A stretch of DNA of 21,954 nt from Welwitschia mirabilis (Eukaryota). Below the pieces are notes generated by a model. It did no database searches. It had not been told where the DNA came from and saw nothing but the letters and a program-made list of their open reading frames with translations. Made by a program: the position numbers and the translations under genes. Below, piece after piece: positions 20,435-21,954 of the stretch; position 1 is the first letter of the stretch; every line of letters begins with the position of its first letter. The stretch spans positions 34,919,960 through 34,941,913 of the forward strand of contig JBOZIK010000001.1 of the NCBI GenBank assembly GCA_051453625.1, in the 5' to 3' direction.

Positions 20435-21860
20435 TTATGAAATAGAACTGTCAGCGTCATCGCCTGTCGTTTGCCGTTGAATCACAGTCCTGTCGGAAAG
20501 CATACATCTCTGAAAATCCGGTAGAGACGGAAGCATTTTATTCTGCGGGCCAACACCGTCGAGAGTCAAGAAAAACCATCGACATGCCAATGGACATATG
20601 ATAATCGACATGACAGTGGAAAAACCACACCCCAGGATTGTCCGCCATGAAGCGGAGGGCAGCCCACCCGTTTAATGGCAGATTGAACATCTTCAGTTTC
20701 GGCGAATCCACCAAGTTGAAGGTTTTCGGATCATTCAGAGGATCGTAGTTGCCAAAGCCCCTACCGACGATAAAGAAATCGTGGCCGTGCAGATGGAAAT
20801 TATGGAACTCCCCGCTGTGGATGCCGATTGGATAACCAACTGAACTGTCGAATTGAATCGCAGAACCTTCACCTTGGTGGCCTTGATACTGTATGTCATC
20901 ACAATGTCATGTTAGTGAAATCGAATACCTCTTGCGGTCTATCTAGGAAATCCGTGGTATAGATGCCACAAATGTTTAACAAATAGGCCTCGAGAATCGA
21001 CAAAGATATGGGTTCCATAAATGAAATGTTGTTTAGGCTACTTACTATTCACTCGTTGTTTGGACCCATGCAGGTTATGTTGGAATTATTGTAAGGAATT
21101 ATGCCTGGATTCTCAGTGAAGAAGAGGTTTTCATTCGGTTCTCCGTTAGGCATGCTAGAAATGTTTAATGCAGAGTGCAGGCTGCACAGTGCCCAGTAAA
21201 AGCGCTCCACGGTGTTCATGTCATTAACCGGCGAAAGGTCTGGGATACTGTCGAGAAGGACGTGGGCAGATGGAAAAGAGTTACAGATATAGTCGATGCT
21301 AGCCATGGTTGTGGTTTCATCGAAGGGAACTGCCTGGGATGGCCAGTAGGCTCATGTTGTGATGAAAAATGAGCTACCACACTTACTCTTGTCAAATGTA
21401 ATTAGCACATCAGCGGTTTCGCCAAAGTGGTTTTGTGTACTGTGCATCGACCGTGACCAACGTTGCTATGTAGCTGTTGAAATGAAGAAATATCGTGTAG
21501 GCTATGGCTACATTTATTATGCAGAAAAGAATGGTTTCTCCTTTAGTCACCTTTATGCGACTCATTTTGTAATTGCAGAAGATCAGAAAGAAAGAAAGAT
21601 TTTGCAGACTAGTAAAAGTTGAGGCAACATTCCACAGCAATATTAGAACACAAGTTATCTGGGCAAGAAGCGAAGTGTCCGAGATTGCCGTTGATGGTAA
21701 GTGACTCGCAGAGGTTTGGTTTCCTTTCATCGAAAAGGAATGCTTCCTTTATTTTTAGTGAAGATCATCAGCAAGGGATTTACAGGGTCAGCGTCCCACC
21801 ACTGATTGAAGCAGAAAAACAAGTTTGTCAATAGAATTTGGCTGAAGATCGTCAGCAAGG
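20435..21860 (-). pseudogene. LAC: Laccase pseudogene (unprocessed): part of intron 3, exon 4, intron 4 and exon 5; exons 1-3 not in the window
   Basis: Colinear with 2650..4084; stop TAA at 20437..20435; HNFHLHGH and HCHVDYHMSIGM retained. Lesions: 5-nt deletion at the intron 3 acceptor (~21803), ~26-nt insertion in exon 4, intron 4 donor GT->AT (21658..21657), intron 4 acceptor AG lost (~21567), net 26-nt deletion (~21426), CGA->TGA (21051..21049), -1 (~20900), -4 (~20826) and +1 (~20573). Confidence 0.95.
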
Positions 21861-21954
21861 CAAGTTTATGCTTAATAAAATATTTGGGAAGTATTAGATT
21901 ACTTGAAATCCCAATTTTTGTAATTGTTATATTATTGAAATGTTGTATTATTGA

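Noticed and set aside
21049..21834. ORFs 21049..21306 and 21410..21730 (and the plus-strand ORFs over them) as separate genes
   Set aside because: They are fragments or shadows of the frameshifted laccase pseudogene.

Overview
AT-rich, CpG-depleted land-plant genomic DNA containing two 100-N scaffold gaps. The only intact gene is a 5-exon secreted laccase (multicopper oxidase, 593 aa, + strand, 1948..4084) in a GC/CpG-rich island. It is atypical in several ways: L3 copper motif HNFHLHGH (Pro->Asn), Met at the T1 axial position, no recognisable miR397 site, no intron at DNPG|VW, and a 22-aa C-terminal tail. A decayed inverted (tail-to-tail) paralog covering intron 3 to the 3' flank lies at about 19430..21860, and a third, more eroded copy of the 3' flank only lies at about 8180..8900. 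The intervening DNA is mostly transposon debris: an L1-type LINE ORF2, a Ty3/gypsy protease fragment abutting a Sirevirus-like copia LTR with multiple PPTs, a 4-unit array of LTR-end/tRNA-Met PBS junctions, 36-, 165- and 28-bp tandem repeats, and a 1.1 kb duplicate isolated between the two gaps. I see no clearly new multi-gene system. The best leads are the divergent laccase lineage with its dead paralog and the PBS/LTR-junction array. All alignments were done by eye, so boundaries of decayed elements are approximate.
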